From Clostridia bacterium (GTDB taxonomy: Bacteria; Bacillota; Clostridia; DUPQ01), in assembly GCA_016929655.1 (NCBI GenBank), contig JAFGIJ010000094.1, positions 1-53,637 of the forward strand: a stretch of 53,637 nt of DNA, read 5' to 3'. The notes beneath the pieces were generated by a model. That model made no database searches and was not told where the DNA came from. It was given only the letters and a program-made list of their open reading frames with translations. The position numbers were made by a program, and so were the translations under genes. Numbering within the stretch: the first letter of the stretch is position 1; each line of letters starts with the position of its first letter. Positions 29,989-40,228 of this stretch are shown here, piece by piece.

Positions 29989-30881
29989 ATAAGTCTTTTT
30001 CTACTCCTGAAATTACCATCTTTATCAACTTTGCCAATCCCCGCTGTTGTTCCATCTGAAAGAACAGCCAGATAGTCACTGGATTCTTTTTCAGTCAGAA
30101 CATTCAAACCGTTTAAATATTTCTTTGAATCATCTTCATTGAGAATAATACTTTTTAAACCGCAATATGGAATTGGATCGAATATAATTTCATTCACTCT
30201 GCCTTCCGATACATATTTTTGAATTTCATCTATTCTGACTGCATCATTTAATCCAAAGCGTCCATTTCCGGTTCGTATTAAATCAGCCATGGCTCCATGA
30301 CTATTCATTGCCGTTCCGATGTCATTGCATAGGCTTCGAATATATGTCCCCTTTGAACATTTTACATCAAAGGATACATTTTTAATAAGATACCCCATAT
30401 ATTCCCCATTGCTGATATTTATATTTGTGATGTCATGTATATAGACAGTCCTGGAAGGTACTTCGACCTCAATTCCTTTTCTTGCATAATCATAGAGTTT
30501 TCGTCCTTCAACTTTTATTGCAGAATATACAGGAGGTTTCTGTTCAATTATTCCTTTGAAGCCCTCTATTGTTTCAATCAATTTATTTTCATTTATTTGC
30601 CTTACATCTGAGTACCCCTGGATATTTCCCTCAAGGTCAAAAGTATCTGTGGATATTCCCAGAAACATTGTAACTCTATATGCTTTTTCATCCTGCAAAA
30701 GATACTCAGTCAATCTGGTATGTTTACCAAAACAAATCACCAGGATACCTTCAGCCATCGGATCCAGTGTTCCGGTGTGACCCGCCTTGTTTGCTCCCAC
30801 TATTTTCCTGACCCTTGACGCAGCAGAAAAAGATGAAATACCTTTTTCCTTATATAGAACAATTGCACCATTTATATCCAT
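29985..30881 (-). CDS. truB: tRNA pseudouridine(55) synthase
   Basis: 298 aa. The GHTGTLDPMAEG catalytic Asp motif and YSAIKVEGRKLY. Confidence 0.9.
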   Translation of the reverse strand: MDINGAIVLYKEKGISSFSAASRVRKIVGANKAGHTGTLDPMAEGILVICFGKHTRLTEYLLQDEKAYRVTMFLGISTDTFDLEGNIQGYSDVRQINENKLIETIEGFKGIIEQKPPVYSAIKVEGRKLYDYARKGIEVEVPSRTVYIHDITNINISNGEYMGYLIKNVSFDVKCSKGTYIRSLCNDIGTAMNSHGAMADLIRTGNGRFGLNDAVRIDEIQKYVSEGRVNEIIFDPIPYCGLKSIILNEDDSKKYLNGLNVLTEKESSDYLAVLSDGTTAGIGKVDKDGNFRSRKRLI

Positions 30882-30885
30882 TGCT

Positions 30886-31857
30886 TCATACAGCCCCGCA
30901 TAATTTAGCTATTACAATCTCAGTTGCATCATTAAGACTACTGGCTTCAATAGTACAACCGGAAGCTCTGTTATGTCCACCGCCCCCAAGTGCTTCTGCA
31001 AATACCGATACATCAATTTCATCTGTATTGGAGCGGAAATTCACCTTGTAGCCTGAATCTGTTTCCCTGACCAAAGCCCCGGCAACTACTCCCTCGGTAT
31101 TGACTGTTATATTGACTATTCCATCAAAATATTCATCCTTGCCACCAAGGAAATCATAATCAGATAAGCCAAGTGAAATCACAGCTATCTTTTTATCACA
31201 GAAGAAATCCATTTTTTGAATGGCAATGCATTTCAATAAAAGTTTAGGATAAGGCATCAAATCAAAAGCAAGATGGGAAATTTCCGAAATATCAATACCC
31301 GTTTCAAGAAGATCTGCACAAATCCTCATGCTTTTAGATGTAGTATTTGAGTATCTAAGACCACCGGTATCCGTGCTTATGGCCGTAAACAATGCGCTTG
31401 CTGTATCTTTATCCATCGCAAACTTATTCACTTGTAATATACTGTATATTATTTCACCTGTTGAAGATGCCCCAACATCAATGAAATTATTTATAGCAAA
31501 AGAAGTATTGGTCTTGTGATGGTCAATGTTCCATGAAATTTTACCAGACAATGCATCGCCTCTTTTACCAAGCCTCTTGAAATCACCCGTATCCAATGAA
31601 ACTACAAATTTTTCTGATATCTCCCTGCCGTCATAAACCTCAATGTCCCGGCAAGGATCCAGATTCCGATATTTTTCAGGTATTTTTTCTTCAACCAATA
31701 TCCTGGATTTTATATTCTGGGTTTTTAGAAAGTTGTTGAGTGCAACAGAACTTCCTATACAATCTCCGTCGGCATTGACATGTGGCAGTATAAGACAATC
31801 CGCCTGATTGTGCAGGTCCTTACTGAATTTGAAAATCAAATCATTGATTTTCATCAT
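30886..31857 (-). CDS. nrnA: DHH family phosphoesterase (NrnA-like oligoribonuclease/pAp phosphatase)
   Basis: 323 aa. HVNADGD, NIDHH and GGGHNRASG (DHHA1) motifs. Confidence 0.8.
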   Translation of the reverse strand: MMKINDLIFKFSKDLHNQADCLILPHVNADGDCIGSSVALNNFLKTQNIKSRILVEEKIPEKYRNLDPCRDIEVYDGREISEKFVVSLDTGDFKRLGKRGDALSGKISWNIDHHKTNTSFAINNFIDVGASSTGEIIYSILQVNKFAMDKDTASALFTAISTDTGGLRYSNTTSKSMRICADLLETGIDISEISHLAFDLMPYPKLLLKCIAIQKMDFFCDKKIAVISLGLSDYDFLGGKDEYFDGIVNITVNTEGVVAGALVRETDSGYKVNFRSNTDEIDVSVFAEALGGGGHNRASGCTIEASSLNDATEIVIAKLCGAV

Positions 31858-32203
31858 TTCTTTCCTTATTGATCGTATCCAGAATGCTGTTTATCCTGAA
31901 TCCTTCCTCAATGAAATCATCACATTTGAACCTGAGTTCAGGAATGTGAAACAGCTTGATTCTTTTAGCTAAAAGATGCCTTATGTACCCTGTAGCACTT
32001 TTTATAGCTTCAAGTGACTCCTTTATGGATTCCTTGCTTCCGTAAAGACTTACGTATATGTCAGCGTAACTCATGTCATTTGTAACCTTGACTCCTATTA
32101 CTCCGGGCATAGCAGTTAAACGGGGATCCTTGATTTCACTCTGCAGAATCAGGCTTATTTCCTTTTTTATTTCCTGGCTGATTCTTTCAGTTCTTTTTAC
32201 CAT
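31841..32203 (-). CDS. rbfA: Ribosome-binding factor A
   Basis: 120 aa. The RTERISQEIKKEIS N-terminus and PELRF near the C-terminus. Confidence 0.9.
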   Translation of the reverse strand: MVKRTERISQEIKKEISLILQSEIKDPRLTAMPGVIGVKVTNDMSYADIYVSLYGSKESIKESLEAIKSATGYIRHLLAKRIKLFHIPELRFKCDDFIEEGFRINSILDTINKERNDENQ

Positions 32204-32204
32204 T

Positions 32205-35135
32205 TCAGACCTCTATTTCAACCATTTCAAAGGCTTCAATAACATCGCTTTCCTTTATATCATTATATTTTTCAACTGACATACCGCATTCATAACCTGA
32301 TTGTACTTCCTTGACATCATCTGTAAATCTTTTCAAAGAAGCAAGTCTGCCTTCATATACGACTATGCCCTCACGTACTACCCTTATATCAGAATTTCTC
32401 TTTATTCTTCCGTCAGTTACCATACATCCACCAATTGTTCCGAGGCCGGAAACCTTGAATATCTGTCGAATTTCTGCATGACCTGTAACAACTTCTTTGA
32501 ATTTTGGATCAAGAAGCCCCTTCATAGCTGCTTCAACTTCCTCAACAGCATTATATATAATTCTATAAAGCCTTATATCAACACCGGCATCTTCAGCAGC
32601 TTTTGTTATAAATCCGCTGGGTCTTATATTGAATCCAATAATTATTGCGTTGGAAACTTCAGCCAGATTTATATCACTCTCATTCACAGTTCCTGTTGCC
32701 CCATGAATTACTTTTACGGTAACTTCTTCATTGGAAAGTTTTTCCAATGACTCTGTTACTGCTTCGACCGAACCTCTCACATCAGCTTTTACAATAATTT
32801 TTAGTTCCTTGACACTACCTTCCTGAATTTGCTCAAATAACTCATCAAGGGTAGTTGGTTTACGGGATGTTCTTTGCTGCAGCAATTGATATTTTCTTTC
32901 AGCCGCTAGATTTCTAGCGATTTTCTCATCTTCAACTGCATAGAATGTTTCTCCTGATTCAGGAACTTCATCAAGGCCCATGATTACAGCCGGCATTGAA
33001 GGACCTGCTTCAGGCATATCATCGCCTGTGACACTCTTCATTGCCCTGACTCTCCCTACCGAAGTGCCACTTATTACACAATCTCCCAATTTCAATGTGC
33101 CCTTCTGCACAAGCAATGTTGCAATGACTCCTTTGTGCTCATCAAGTTTTGACTCAATTACAGTTCCTTTTGCCTGCCTTTGAGGATTTGCCTTAAGCTC
33201 AAGTACATCAGCAGTCAGAAGTATCATATCAAGCAGCGTATCTATATTTTCTCCGCTTTTTGCCGACACCGGAACACAAATTACATCGCCGCCCCACTCT
33301 TCAGGAACAACACCATATTCAGTTAATTCCTGCTTGACTTTATCAGGGTTTGCTGCCGGCAGGTCTATTTTGTTGATAGCAACTATTATCGAGACCCCTG
33401 CATCCTTGGCATGGTTCAAGGCTTCAACTGTTTGCGGCATGATTCCATCATCGGCAGCAACAACAATTATTGCGATATCAGTAACCTGTGCACCTCTTCT
33501 TCTCATAGAAGTAAATGCAGCATGACCGGGAGTATCCAGGAAGGTTATGGTTCTGTTTTTTACGTGAACATTGTATGCTCCAACATGCTGAGTTATTGCG
33601 CCAGCTTCTGTTGCAACAACATCAGTATTCTTGATTGTATCGAGAAGACTGGTCTTTCCATGGTCAACATGGCCCATAACTACAACTACCGGAGCTCTTT
33701 CAATGAGGCTTTCTTCAGCATCATCCTGGTCATCATCAAACAGAATGTCTTCCTTGGTTCTTGATTCAAATAATTCTGCTGTAATTCCGTATTCCTCAGC
33801 AACCAGGGAGGCGGTATCAAAATCAATATCATCGTTAAGCGATGTCATTATATCAAGTGACATCAGTTTTCCAATGACATCTGTGGCTTGTTTTTTAATG
33901 GTTTCTGCAAAAAACTTAACTGTCATTGTTTCAGGAAGTCTGACCCTTGTCAGAACTTCACGCCTTGGCATATGCTCAGCTTTTCTTTTACTGCGCCTTT
34001 GTCTGATGTTATCATCACTGTAATACTCGTTTAAAACAAAATCCTCTGAAAGAACTTCGTTTACTTTCCTGATTCCTCCGCCCGTAAAATCATCTTTTTT
34101 GTATTTTCCTGATTTTGATTTGGTCTTTTTTGCCGGAGGTTTGAATTCCTGCTGTACATATCTTCCGCCTTCCTTTGGGCTGATCCTTTTACTGGGAATC
34201 TTGGATATTTTTGTAAGTGGCTTTTCATCAGGAATATCTTTGTCTATGTTCTCTGAAGTCCTTGGCTTTATATTACCGCTGTTTTGTGGCCTCTGGGGTC
34301 TTGACTGACGAACCTCTGGTGTCTCTTTCTTCTGAACAACCTGTACTGGTTTTTTAGGTGTAAGGTCTATCTTACGCCCTGTAAGTCCCAAAGGTTTGAG
34401 TTCTTTATGCTGAACAAAGGGTTTCTTAGGTTTTACACCATCTTTTTTTGCTGTATATGGTTTAACTTCAGGTTTTGCAACAACCTTTGTTTCTTCGGTT
34501 GTCACAGTACCCGGGCCTGTAATAACTTCTTCAGGTTTTTGAGGTTCTGCTTCCACTTCAATAACATCAGATTTTTCAGTATCAATGACATGCGCTGTAC
34601 TCTTCTCATCTACATCAGCAATTTCTTGAGTTTTTTCATCAACAGTTTCATGGGTATCCTCTGATATTTCGGGAATATTTCCTTCAATATTTCCTTCTAT
34701 ATTATCTTCGGGATTATCTTCGGATTTGTGTTTTCTTATAACTGTAACCTTGAGTTTGTGTGGTTTTTCTGCAGATTCATCAACTGCAGCATTAGCAGCA
34801 GGTTCATTATGTGTTGCAGCTATATCCATAGAATGTGCCTGCTTGACAGGTTTCACAGTCTTAACAATCTTCACAGTTTTCACAGTCTTTTCAGTCTTTG
34901 GCCCATCAGATGCTTTTTCTCCTGATGGAACCTTCTCACCCACTGATGAAATTTTTATGTTCTTTGAAGCAGCACGCTTTCTTAACCCCATGCTTTCAAG
35001 CAACTTGTACTGGTCTGTTTCGGAAATTTCAGATGCCACTCCAAAGGCAGAAATACCTAAATCCCTGACTTTCTTTAAAATAATTCCCGGTTTTACATCC
35101 AATTCCCTGGCAAGTTCACTGATCTTTTTCTTCAT
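32205..35135 (-). CDS. infB: Translation initiation factor IF-2
   Basis: 976 aa. GTPase motifs [21 protein letters not shown]. Conserved C-terminal domains and a long charged N-terminal region. Confidence 0.95.
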   Translation of the reverse strand: MKKKISELARELDVKPGIILKKVRDLGISAFGVASEISETDQYKLLESMGLRKRAASKNIKISSVGEKVPSGEKASDGPKTEKTVKTVKIVKTVKPVKQAHSMDIAATHNEPAANAAVDESAEKPHKLKVTVIRKHKSEDNPEDNIEGNIEGNIPEISEDTHETVDEKTQEIADVDEKSTAHVIDTEKSDVIEVEAEPQKPEEVITGPGTVTTEETKVVAKPEVKPYTAKKDGVKPKKPFVQHKELKPLGLTGRKIDLTPKKPVQVVQKKETPEVRQSRPQRPQNSGNIKPRTSENIDKDIPDEKPLTKISKIPSKRISPKEGGRYVQQEFKPPAKKTKSKSGKYKKDDFTGGGIRKVNEVLSEDFVLNEYYSDDNIRQRRSKRKAEHMPRREVLTRVRLPETMTVKFFAETIKKQATDVIGKLMSLDIMTSLNDDIDFDTASLVAEEYGITAELFESRTKEDILFDDDQDDAEESLIERAPVVVVMGHVDHGKTSLLDTIKNTDVVATEAGAITQHVGAYNVHVKNRTITFLDTPGHAAFTSMRRRGAQVTDIAIIVVAADDGIMPQTVEALNHAKDAGVSIIVAINKIDLPAANPDKVKQELTEYGVVPEEWGGDVICVPVSAKSGENIDTLLDMILLTADVLELKANPQRQAKGTVIESKLDEHKGVIATLLVQKGTLKLGDCVISGTSVGRVRAMKSVTGDDMPEAGPSMPAVIMGLDEVPESGETFYAVEDEKIARNLAAERKYQLLQQRTSRKPTTLDELFEQIQEGSVKELKIIVKADVRGSVEAVTESLEKLSNEEVTVKVIHGATGTVNESDINLAEVSNAIIIGFNIRPSGFITKAAEDAGVDIRLYRIIYNAVEEVEAAMKGLLDPKFKEVVTGHAEIRQIFKVSGLGTIGGCMVTDGRIKRNSDIRVVREGIVVYEGRLASLKRFTDDVKEVQSGYECGMSVEKYNDIKESDVIEAFEMVEIEV
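34671..34721 (-). repeat. In-frame 12-nt-period tandem repeat in the infB N-terminal region ([16 protein letters not shown])
   Basis: Plus strand: gggaatatttcc ttcaatatttcc ttctatattatc ttcgggattatc. Confidence 0.6.
34842..34893 (-). repeat. In-frame 9-nt-period tandem repeat in the infB N-terminal region ([15 protein letters not shown])
   Basis: Plus strand: cacagtctt aacaatctt cacagtttt cacagtctt ttcagtctt. Confidence 0.6.
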
Positions 35136-35458
35136 TAATTATCTCCATTCAATCTCATCTTTGACAGAATCAACTTTTTGAAATCCTTATCAACAATTCC
35201 GATTATCTTAACGTTCTCTCTTCCCAATGCTATTCCAAGCATCGGACTCTGACCATATTCAATAAGTTCAGTCTTACTGTTTTCGCATATAATCTTTAAT
35301 TTATCCAAAGTATTGCCGGCGGTATCTTCAGTTGCTATAACCAGCTCAACTCTGCCCTTTTTTATTGCCTGTGTGCATGCCATAGTACCTGTCACAAGCT
35401 TTCCGGCCTTCCTTGCAAGTCCGACCGCTAAATAGAAGCCTTTGTCTTCAAGTTGCAT
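35135..35458 (-). CDS. ylxQ: L7Ae/L30e family RNA-binding protein (YlxQ)
   Basis: 107 aa. Sits between ylxR and infB as in Firmicutes nusA operons. Contains [10 protein letters not shown]. Confidence 0.8.
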   Translation of the reverse strand: MQLEDKGFYLAVGLARKAGKLVTGTMACTQAIKKGRVELVIATEDTAGNTLDKLKIICENSKTELIEYGQSPMLGIALGRENVKIIGIVDKDFKKLILSKMRLNGDN

Positions 35459-35717
35459 ACTTTTGCAAATCCTCGTATACAGCTAAAGGAATTTCTGTAT
35501 CCAATGCCCTTTTGAGGCTTCCGGTTTTTCTAGCTTTTGCCAGACATTCCGCATTTTTGCATATATATGCTCCCTTTCCGGGCATTTTACCTGTTGGATC
35601 TGCAGATACTTCCCTTTCTCCCGTCCTAACAACTCTTAACATTGATTTCTTGGGATTCATCTGCCTGCAGGCCACACACATTCTCATTGGTTCTTTTTTT
35701 TTCAAATTCAGCACCAT
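35448..35717 (-). CDS. ylxR: YlxR/RnpM family (DUF448) RNA-binding protein
   Basis: 89 aa. MRMCVACRQ and PGKGAYIC motifs. Lies immediately downstream of nusA. Confidence 0.8.
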   Translation of the reverse strand: MVLNLKKKEPMRMCVACRQMNPKKSMLRVVRTGEREVSADPTGKMPGKGAYICKNAECLAKARKTGSLKRALDTEIPLAVYEDLQKYAT

Positions 35718-35759
35718 AGTATTTTTCTAACCTTTGTCATCATCGCCTGTTTCTGATAT

Positions 35760-37001
35760 TCAAGCAGTTTCATCATTGTCCGAAGTATCTTCAGTTTGGT
35801 TTTTCCCTGAAAATTCTTCTATATCCGATGTAACAATTTCATCCACTGAATCTTCATTATCTCCCATGAACAATGCATCAAGTGGGCTCGATACTTCAGC
35901 TTCTCCTTCTTCATTTACATGAAGAAGTTCATCTTCTATTATACCCCTGAGTTCTGACTCAGGTATAATATCTATTTTCCAACCTGTCAATCTTGCGCCA
36001 AGCCTTGCATTCTGACCACTTTTCCCAATTGCAAGTGACAGCTGATTATCCGGTACAGTAACCCTTGCTTTATTTTCTTCATTACTGTTTTGATCAAGTG
36101 GTTCAAAGATATCTACCCTTATTACATCTGCAGGACTTAGACTATTAGATATAAATGTTGCAGGATTCTGGCTCCACTCAACTATATCAATTTTTTCTCC
36201 CCTGAGTTCGTCAACCACTGCAGTAACCCTTATTCCTCTGTGGCCTATGCAGGCTCCGGCAGCATCCACATTAGTATCATTGGAAAATACTCCAATTTTT
36301 GTTCTGGACCCAGGTTCCCTTGCTATAGATTTAATCTCAACTATTCCATTCTGTATTTCAGGAACTTCAAGTTCAAACAGTCTTTTAACCAAATCCGGAT
36401 GTGTCCTTGAGACAAATATTCTCGGACCTTTATTGGTCTTTTTAACTTCCGTTACATAAACCTTGAGTCTTGAGCCTACAGAATAATGTTCACTTCCGAC
36501 CTGCTCCCTGTGTGGCATTATAGCCTCAGTATTACCAAGGTCAAGGTAAACTGTATCTTTTTCTACCCGTCTTATTACTCCTGCAACAATGTCTTTGAGC
36601 TTATTATCATAGATATCATAAAGCTTTTCTCTCTCAGCTTCCCTTATTTTCTGCATGATAACCTGTTTTGCGGTCTGGGCAGCTATTCTTCCAAAGGTAT
36701 GTGGATCCATGAATTCTTCAAACTGAAGCTCATCACCTATTTCAACATCTGCATACTCAAGAGCTTCGGTAAGCGAAATTTCAGTATCTTCATCCATCAC
36801 TTCCTCAACTACAGTCTTTATGCGCATGACATTTATTTCGCCGGATTCCCTGTTAAGTTCTATGTTTACATCAAAGGCTACCCCGCTGTTCTTTTTATAA
36901 GCTGATTCCAGGGCTTTCTCAAGTGCCTCAACAAGAATTTCTGAGTCTATGCCCCTCTCTCTCTCAATCTGCCTGATGGCATCCATCAACTCTGAAGCCA
37001 T
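35760..37001 (-). CDS. nusA: Transcription termination/antitermination factor NusA with an acidic C-terminal tail
   Basis: 413 aa. N-terminal domain, S1 and two KH regions (ACIGHRGIRV, LAIGKSGQNARLG). Confidence 0.95.
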   Translation of the reverse strand: MASELMDAIRQIERERGIDSEILVEALEKALESAYKKNSGVAFDVNIELNRESGEINVMRIKTVVEEVMDEDTEISLTEALEYADVEIGDELQFEEFMDPHTFGRIAAQTAKQVIMQKIREAEREKLYDIYDNKLKDIVAGVIRRVEKDTVYLDLGNTEAIMPHREQVGSEHYSVGSRLKVYVTEVKKTNKGPRIFVSRTHPDLVKRLFELEVPEIQNGIVEIKSIAREPGSRTKIGVFSNDTNVDAAGACIGHRGIRVTAVVDELRGEKIDIVEWSQNPATFISNSLSPADVIRVDIFEPLDQNSNEENKARVTVPDNQLSLAIGKSGQNARLGARLTGWKIDIIPESELRGIIEDELLHVNEEGEAEVSSPLDALFMGDNEDSVDEIVTSDIEEFSGKNQTEDTSDNDETA

Positions 37002-37016
37002 ATTGCTCCTCCTTTA

Positions 37017-37469
37017 TTAATCTACAAATTTTCTCTTTACCGATGCAACATCAGTTTCGATGAAATGCATCGTCTCATTATCTATTTCAATATCAATATT
37101 GCCTTCACCATAACCCTTGAGCTTACCTGTGAACAATTTACCCTTTTCATTTGACTTATAAAGTCTGACTTCAACAGTCTCGCCCATATATCTTTCAAAA
37201 TCTTCCTTATATTTGAATTTTCTGTCATACCCGGGTGACGATACTTCAAGTGTATACGAGCCCTCAATGTCTATATTTTCATCAATCATCGGATCAATCA
37301 GTCTATGTATTTTTACACAGTCATCAATGCTGATGCCTTCCCTGGAATAAATGTAAATTCGAAGGTACATTCCATCCGTCTCTTTTTTAAATTCAACATC
37401 AACGAGTTCAAATCCATTTTCTATAACAGTTTCCTTGATAAGCTCATTTACAGCTTTATCTATTCTCAT
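37017..37469 (-). CDS. rimP: Ribosome maturation factor RimP
   Basis: VSSPGYDRKF motif. GGAGG abuts the first ATG (37475). The second ATG (37469, MRIDK) has 7-nt spacing. Confidence 0.9.
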   Translation of the reverse strand: MRIDKAVNELIKETVIENGFELVDVEFKKETDGMYLRIYIYSREGISIDDCVKIHRLIDPMIDENIDIEGSYTLEVSSPGYDRKFKYKEDFERYMGETVEVRLYKSNEKGKLFTGKLKGYGEGNIDIEIDNETMHFIETDVASVKRKFVD

Positions 37470-37485
37470 GGTCATACCTCCTCCT

Positions 37486-37519
37486 CAAACAGTAACAAAG
37501 AGTGGGAAAACCCACTCTC
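37486..37519 (-). promoter_or_regulatory. Leader hairpin with an interrupted U-tract between the rimP promoter and the rimP RBS (candidate attenuator)
   Basis: Minus strand: AGAGTGGG TTTT CCCACTCT, followed by TTGTTACTGTTTG and then GAGGAGGAGG. Confidence 0.5.
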
Positions 37520-37545
37520 AGTAACTTCAATAATCTAGCAAGGAC

Positions 37546-37574
37546 ATTATAGCAAATGCCTGGTGATATGGCAA
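37546..37574 (-). promoter_or_regulatory. Sigma-A type promoter of the rimP-nusA-infB operon
   Basis: Minus strand: TTGCCA (37574..37569), 17-nt spacer, TATAAT (37551..37546). Confidence 0.6.
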
Positions 37575-37643
37575 GTAAAATGTTCAAGGCCTTAATCAAA
37601 CTGTCTCCCGGAGCCTGTTCTAATCCAAATTTAACCAAACGGA

Positions 37644-37657
37644 ATTGTTATAACAAT
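37644..37657. repeat. 14-bp perfect palindrome ATTGTTATAACAAT in an unassigned spacer
   Basis: Read directly from the sequence. Located about 70 nt upstream of the rimP -35 box. Confidence 0.9.
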
Positions 37658-37762
37658 GGAGAAAACAACGACTTCTGATATAATTTCACTGTTTGTGACT
37701 CCCAAAGCAGGAGGCACAATCTCCATATCAATCACACAGTAAATCAAGGTATGGTTCAGTTT

Positions 37763-37793
37763 CCAAAAATCAATTGGCTGGAAGACCAGCTAA
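37763..37793 (-). terminator. Weak candidate terminator after ackA
   Basis: Minus strand: TTAGCTGG TCTT CCAGCCAA (one mismatch), followed by TTGATTTTTGG. It is enclosed by a GGTATGG/CCATACC long-range pair. Confidence 0.4.
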
Positions 37794-37814
37794 CAAGCAG
37801 AGCCATACCATATG

Positions 37815-39092
37815 CTATCCTTGGCAAATCTCTTCAAAGGGATAGTTTTCAGGAGCATCCAGTCCGAGCGCACCTATGAAAAGGGTGTCATATGCTATGA
37901 CAACTTCTTCATCAGTAGGAATAACCATTGCCCTTACCTTTCTGTTATTGAATTCACCTTCTGCAAATACAATTTCCTCGCCCCTGACCCTGTTTGCTTT
38001 TTCATCAATTATAAAATTACAGCCTTCAAGCATTCCAAGAACCTTCTGTCTTACATACCACTCATTTTCACCGACTCCGGCAGTAAAGATTATTGCATCA
38101 CAATATTTTGAAGTTCCCATATAACTGCCTATATACTTTGCAAGTCTGTAGGCATATATATCAACTATACGATCGCTTTCATCATCACCTTCCAGTGCCT
38201 TTGCCCTGATATCCTGCATGAGATTTGTTCCGCTGATTCCTTTGAGTCCACTTTCTTTGTTCAGCATATTCATTACTTTATCATAGGCAGCTCCAAGATC
38301 CATGTTTTCTTCCTTTGCAATTTGCTGGGCAACATGTCCAATTATTGCCGGATCCATATCACCGCTGCGGGTTCCCATTATTACTCCTTCAAGAGGAGTA
38401 AATCCCATACTGGTATCCATGCTTTTTCCACCTACAACCTTGGTCAGACTGGACCCGTTTCCCATATGGGCAGTGACACAATTAATTTCGTCATGTTTCA
38501 TTCCAAGTAATGCAGCTGCCCTTCTTGATACATATAGATGGCTTGTTCCATGGAATCCATAGCGCCTTACCATATATTCTGTAAACCACTTTTCAGGCAA
38601 TGCATATTTATATGCATACTCGGGAATGGTTGCATGAAATGCCGTGTCGAAAACGGCTACATTTGGTATCCCGGGCATGAGTTTTTCAGCAACCAGAATA
38701 CCCTTGATATTCTGTGGATTGTGAAGTGGTGCCAGTGGTGAAAGTCTTTTGATTTCTGCAATTACCTCGTCCGTAAGCAAAACACTGGTATTATAGCTTG
38801 CCCCGCCGTGGACTACCCTGTGTCCGATGGCTACGATAGTTTCCTTGGGTACATTTTGTTTTTCGAATATTCCAAACATTTCTACGAGGGCATCCTCATG
38901 ATCAGGGAGTTCTATTGAATATTTGGTTTTTTTACCATGTATTTCAAATTTCATCGTGCTTCTTTCCCTGTTTCCGATTTCCTCAGCTATACCCCCGATA
39001 ATTGGTTCAACGGTATTGTTTTCCATGACCTCAAATAAGTTGTACTTGAGTGATGAACTTCCGCAGTTGAGTGATAATATGGTTTTTTTCAT
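37815..39092 (-). CDS. ackA: Acetate kinase family protein
   Basis: 425 aa. LNCGSSSLKY, GHRVVHGG, FDTAFH, YGFHGTSH and IPTDEE motifs. Confidence 0.85.
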   Translation of the reverse strand: MKKTILSLNCGSSSLKYNLFEVMENNTVEPIIGGIAEEIGNRERSTMKFEIHGKKTKYSIELPDHEDALVEMFGIFEKQNVPKETIVAIGHRVVHGGASYNTSVLLTDEVIAEIKRLSPLAPLHNPQNIKGILVAEKLMPGIPNVAVFDTAFHATIPEYAYKYALPEKWFTEYMVRRYGFHGTSHLYVSRRAAALLGMKHDEINCVTAHMGNGSSLTKVVGGKSMDTSMGFTPLEGVIMGTRSGDMDPAIIGHVAQQIAKEENMDLGAAYDKVMNMLNKESGLKGISGTNLMQDIRAKALEGDDESDRIVDIYAYRLAKYIGSYMGTSKYCDAIIFTAGVGENEWYVRQKVLGMLEGCNFIIDEKANRVRGEEIVFAEGEFNNRKVRAMVIPTDEEVVIAYDTLFIGALGLDAPENYPFEEICQG

Positions 39093-39129
39093 GTTTAACT
39101 CCTCTTGTTATGTTTACCGCAGGATGCGG

Positions 39130-40188
39130 CTATTGAAATCTTATTTCTTTTCCTGTCAATGCACTTTCATATATAGCATCCAGTATCTTCATCAGCTCAA
39201 CCCCATCTTCGACGGGGCTTATGCATTCCTCTGTTTTGCAAACGCAGTCAATGAAATGTCGGACCTCACGACCGAACATTTCCTCAAATTCATTGGCCTC
39301 TTTGGTAAATACCGGGGTCATATCAATATTGTAACCTTCTTCAGACCCGGAGATTTTTATATCAGGAGCAACTTCCATACCTGCCTTGTCTCCGAAAATT
39401 TCACAGTAAATTTTTTCACTGGAAGTATGAAGTGTAAAACTCACCTCAACAGTCATAGCATTTCCATTCTTGAATTTTATCAATGCAGAAGCAGAATCCT
39501 CAACATCACATATTATTCCGGAATCAGCCGCCCTGTATCTGCTTAGCATTTTAACATCGTTTCTTGGGCCTATTTTATTGAAGGTTACACCGTAGACTCC
39601 GGCAGTTTCGGGTTTTCCCATCAGATATCTGCACAAATCAATCATATGCACACCAAGGTCAATCAATGGGCCCCCACCTGATTTGCTCTTGTCTGAAAAC
39701 CATCCCGAAGGATTTCCGCAACGCCTTATGCAACCGGTTTTTGCATAATAGACTTCTCCGAGTTTTCCTGCATCAATGAAATCCTTTGCTATTTTTGTTC
39801 CCTGTGCAAATCTTCTTACAAAACCAACCATCAGAAGTCTGCCTGACTTTTTTGCGGCATCCTGCATTTCAATTGCTTCAATACTGTTCATGGCAAGGGG
39901 TTTTTCACAAAGAACGTCAGCTCCTGCATTAAGAGCGTCAATGGTAATTCCGGCATGACTGTTGTTCCATGTACAGACACTTACAGCATCCGGTCTTACT
40001 TCTTCAAGCATTTTTACATGATTCTCATATACCCCTGGTATACCATTTGCTTTACAGAATTTGTCTAATCGTTCATGGTTGATGTCACAGGCAGCCACGA
40101 CTTCAACATTTTCCAGTTTTTTATATGATTTGAGGTGATAATTGCTTATATTTCCCGTTCCAACTATTGCGACTCTGATTTTTTTCAT
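39130..40188 (-). CDS. Gfo/Idh/MocA family NAD(P)-dependent oxidoreductase
   Basis: 352 aa. The IRVAIVGTGNIS Rossmann N-terminus and the EKPLA motif. Confidence 0.8.
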   Translation of the reverse strand: MKKIRVAIVGTGNISNYHLKSYKKLENVEVVAACDINHERLDKFCKANGIPGVYENHVKMLEEVRPDAVSVCTWNNSHAGITIDALNAGADVLCEKPLAMNSIEAIEMQDAAKKSGRLLMVGFVRRFAQGTKIAKDFIDAGKLGEVYYAKTGCIRRCGNPSGWFSDKSKSGGGPLIDLGVHMIDLCRYLMGKPETAGVYGVTFNKIGPRNDVKMLSRYRAADSGIICDVEDSASALIKFKNGNAMTVEVSFTLHTSSEKIYCEIFGDKAGMEVAPDIKISGSEEGYNIDMTPVFTKEANEFEEMFGREVRHFIDCVCKTEECISPVEDGVELMKILDAIYESALTGKEIRFQ

Positions 40189-40228
40189 AAATACTCCCGA
40201 TATCCCAACACATTTCCCGGATATTATA

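Noticed and set aside
37631-37742. Two mutually antisense short ORFs (28 aa on plus, 31 aa on minus) in the ackA-rimP spacer, considered as a possible small protein or type I toxin-antitoxin-like pair.
   Set aside because: Neither has an SD or an obvious promoter, and ORFs of this length are expected by chance. They are kept only as a note within the spacer finding.
38923-39546. Long plus-strand ORFs antisense to conserved minus-strand genes. Examples: 38923..39546 (207 aa), 41317..41988 (223 aa), 28823..29434 (203 aa), 13546..14076 (176 aa), 52604..53116 (170 aa), 29614..30075 (153 aa).
   Set aside because: Each lies entirely inside a well-supported minus-strand gene. All have low-complexity S/F/L/I-rich translations typical of the antisense frame of AT-rich coding DNA. 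I did not see SD sequences before the ones I examined, and I recognised no family motif in any of them.
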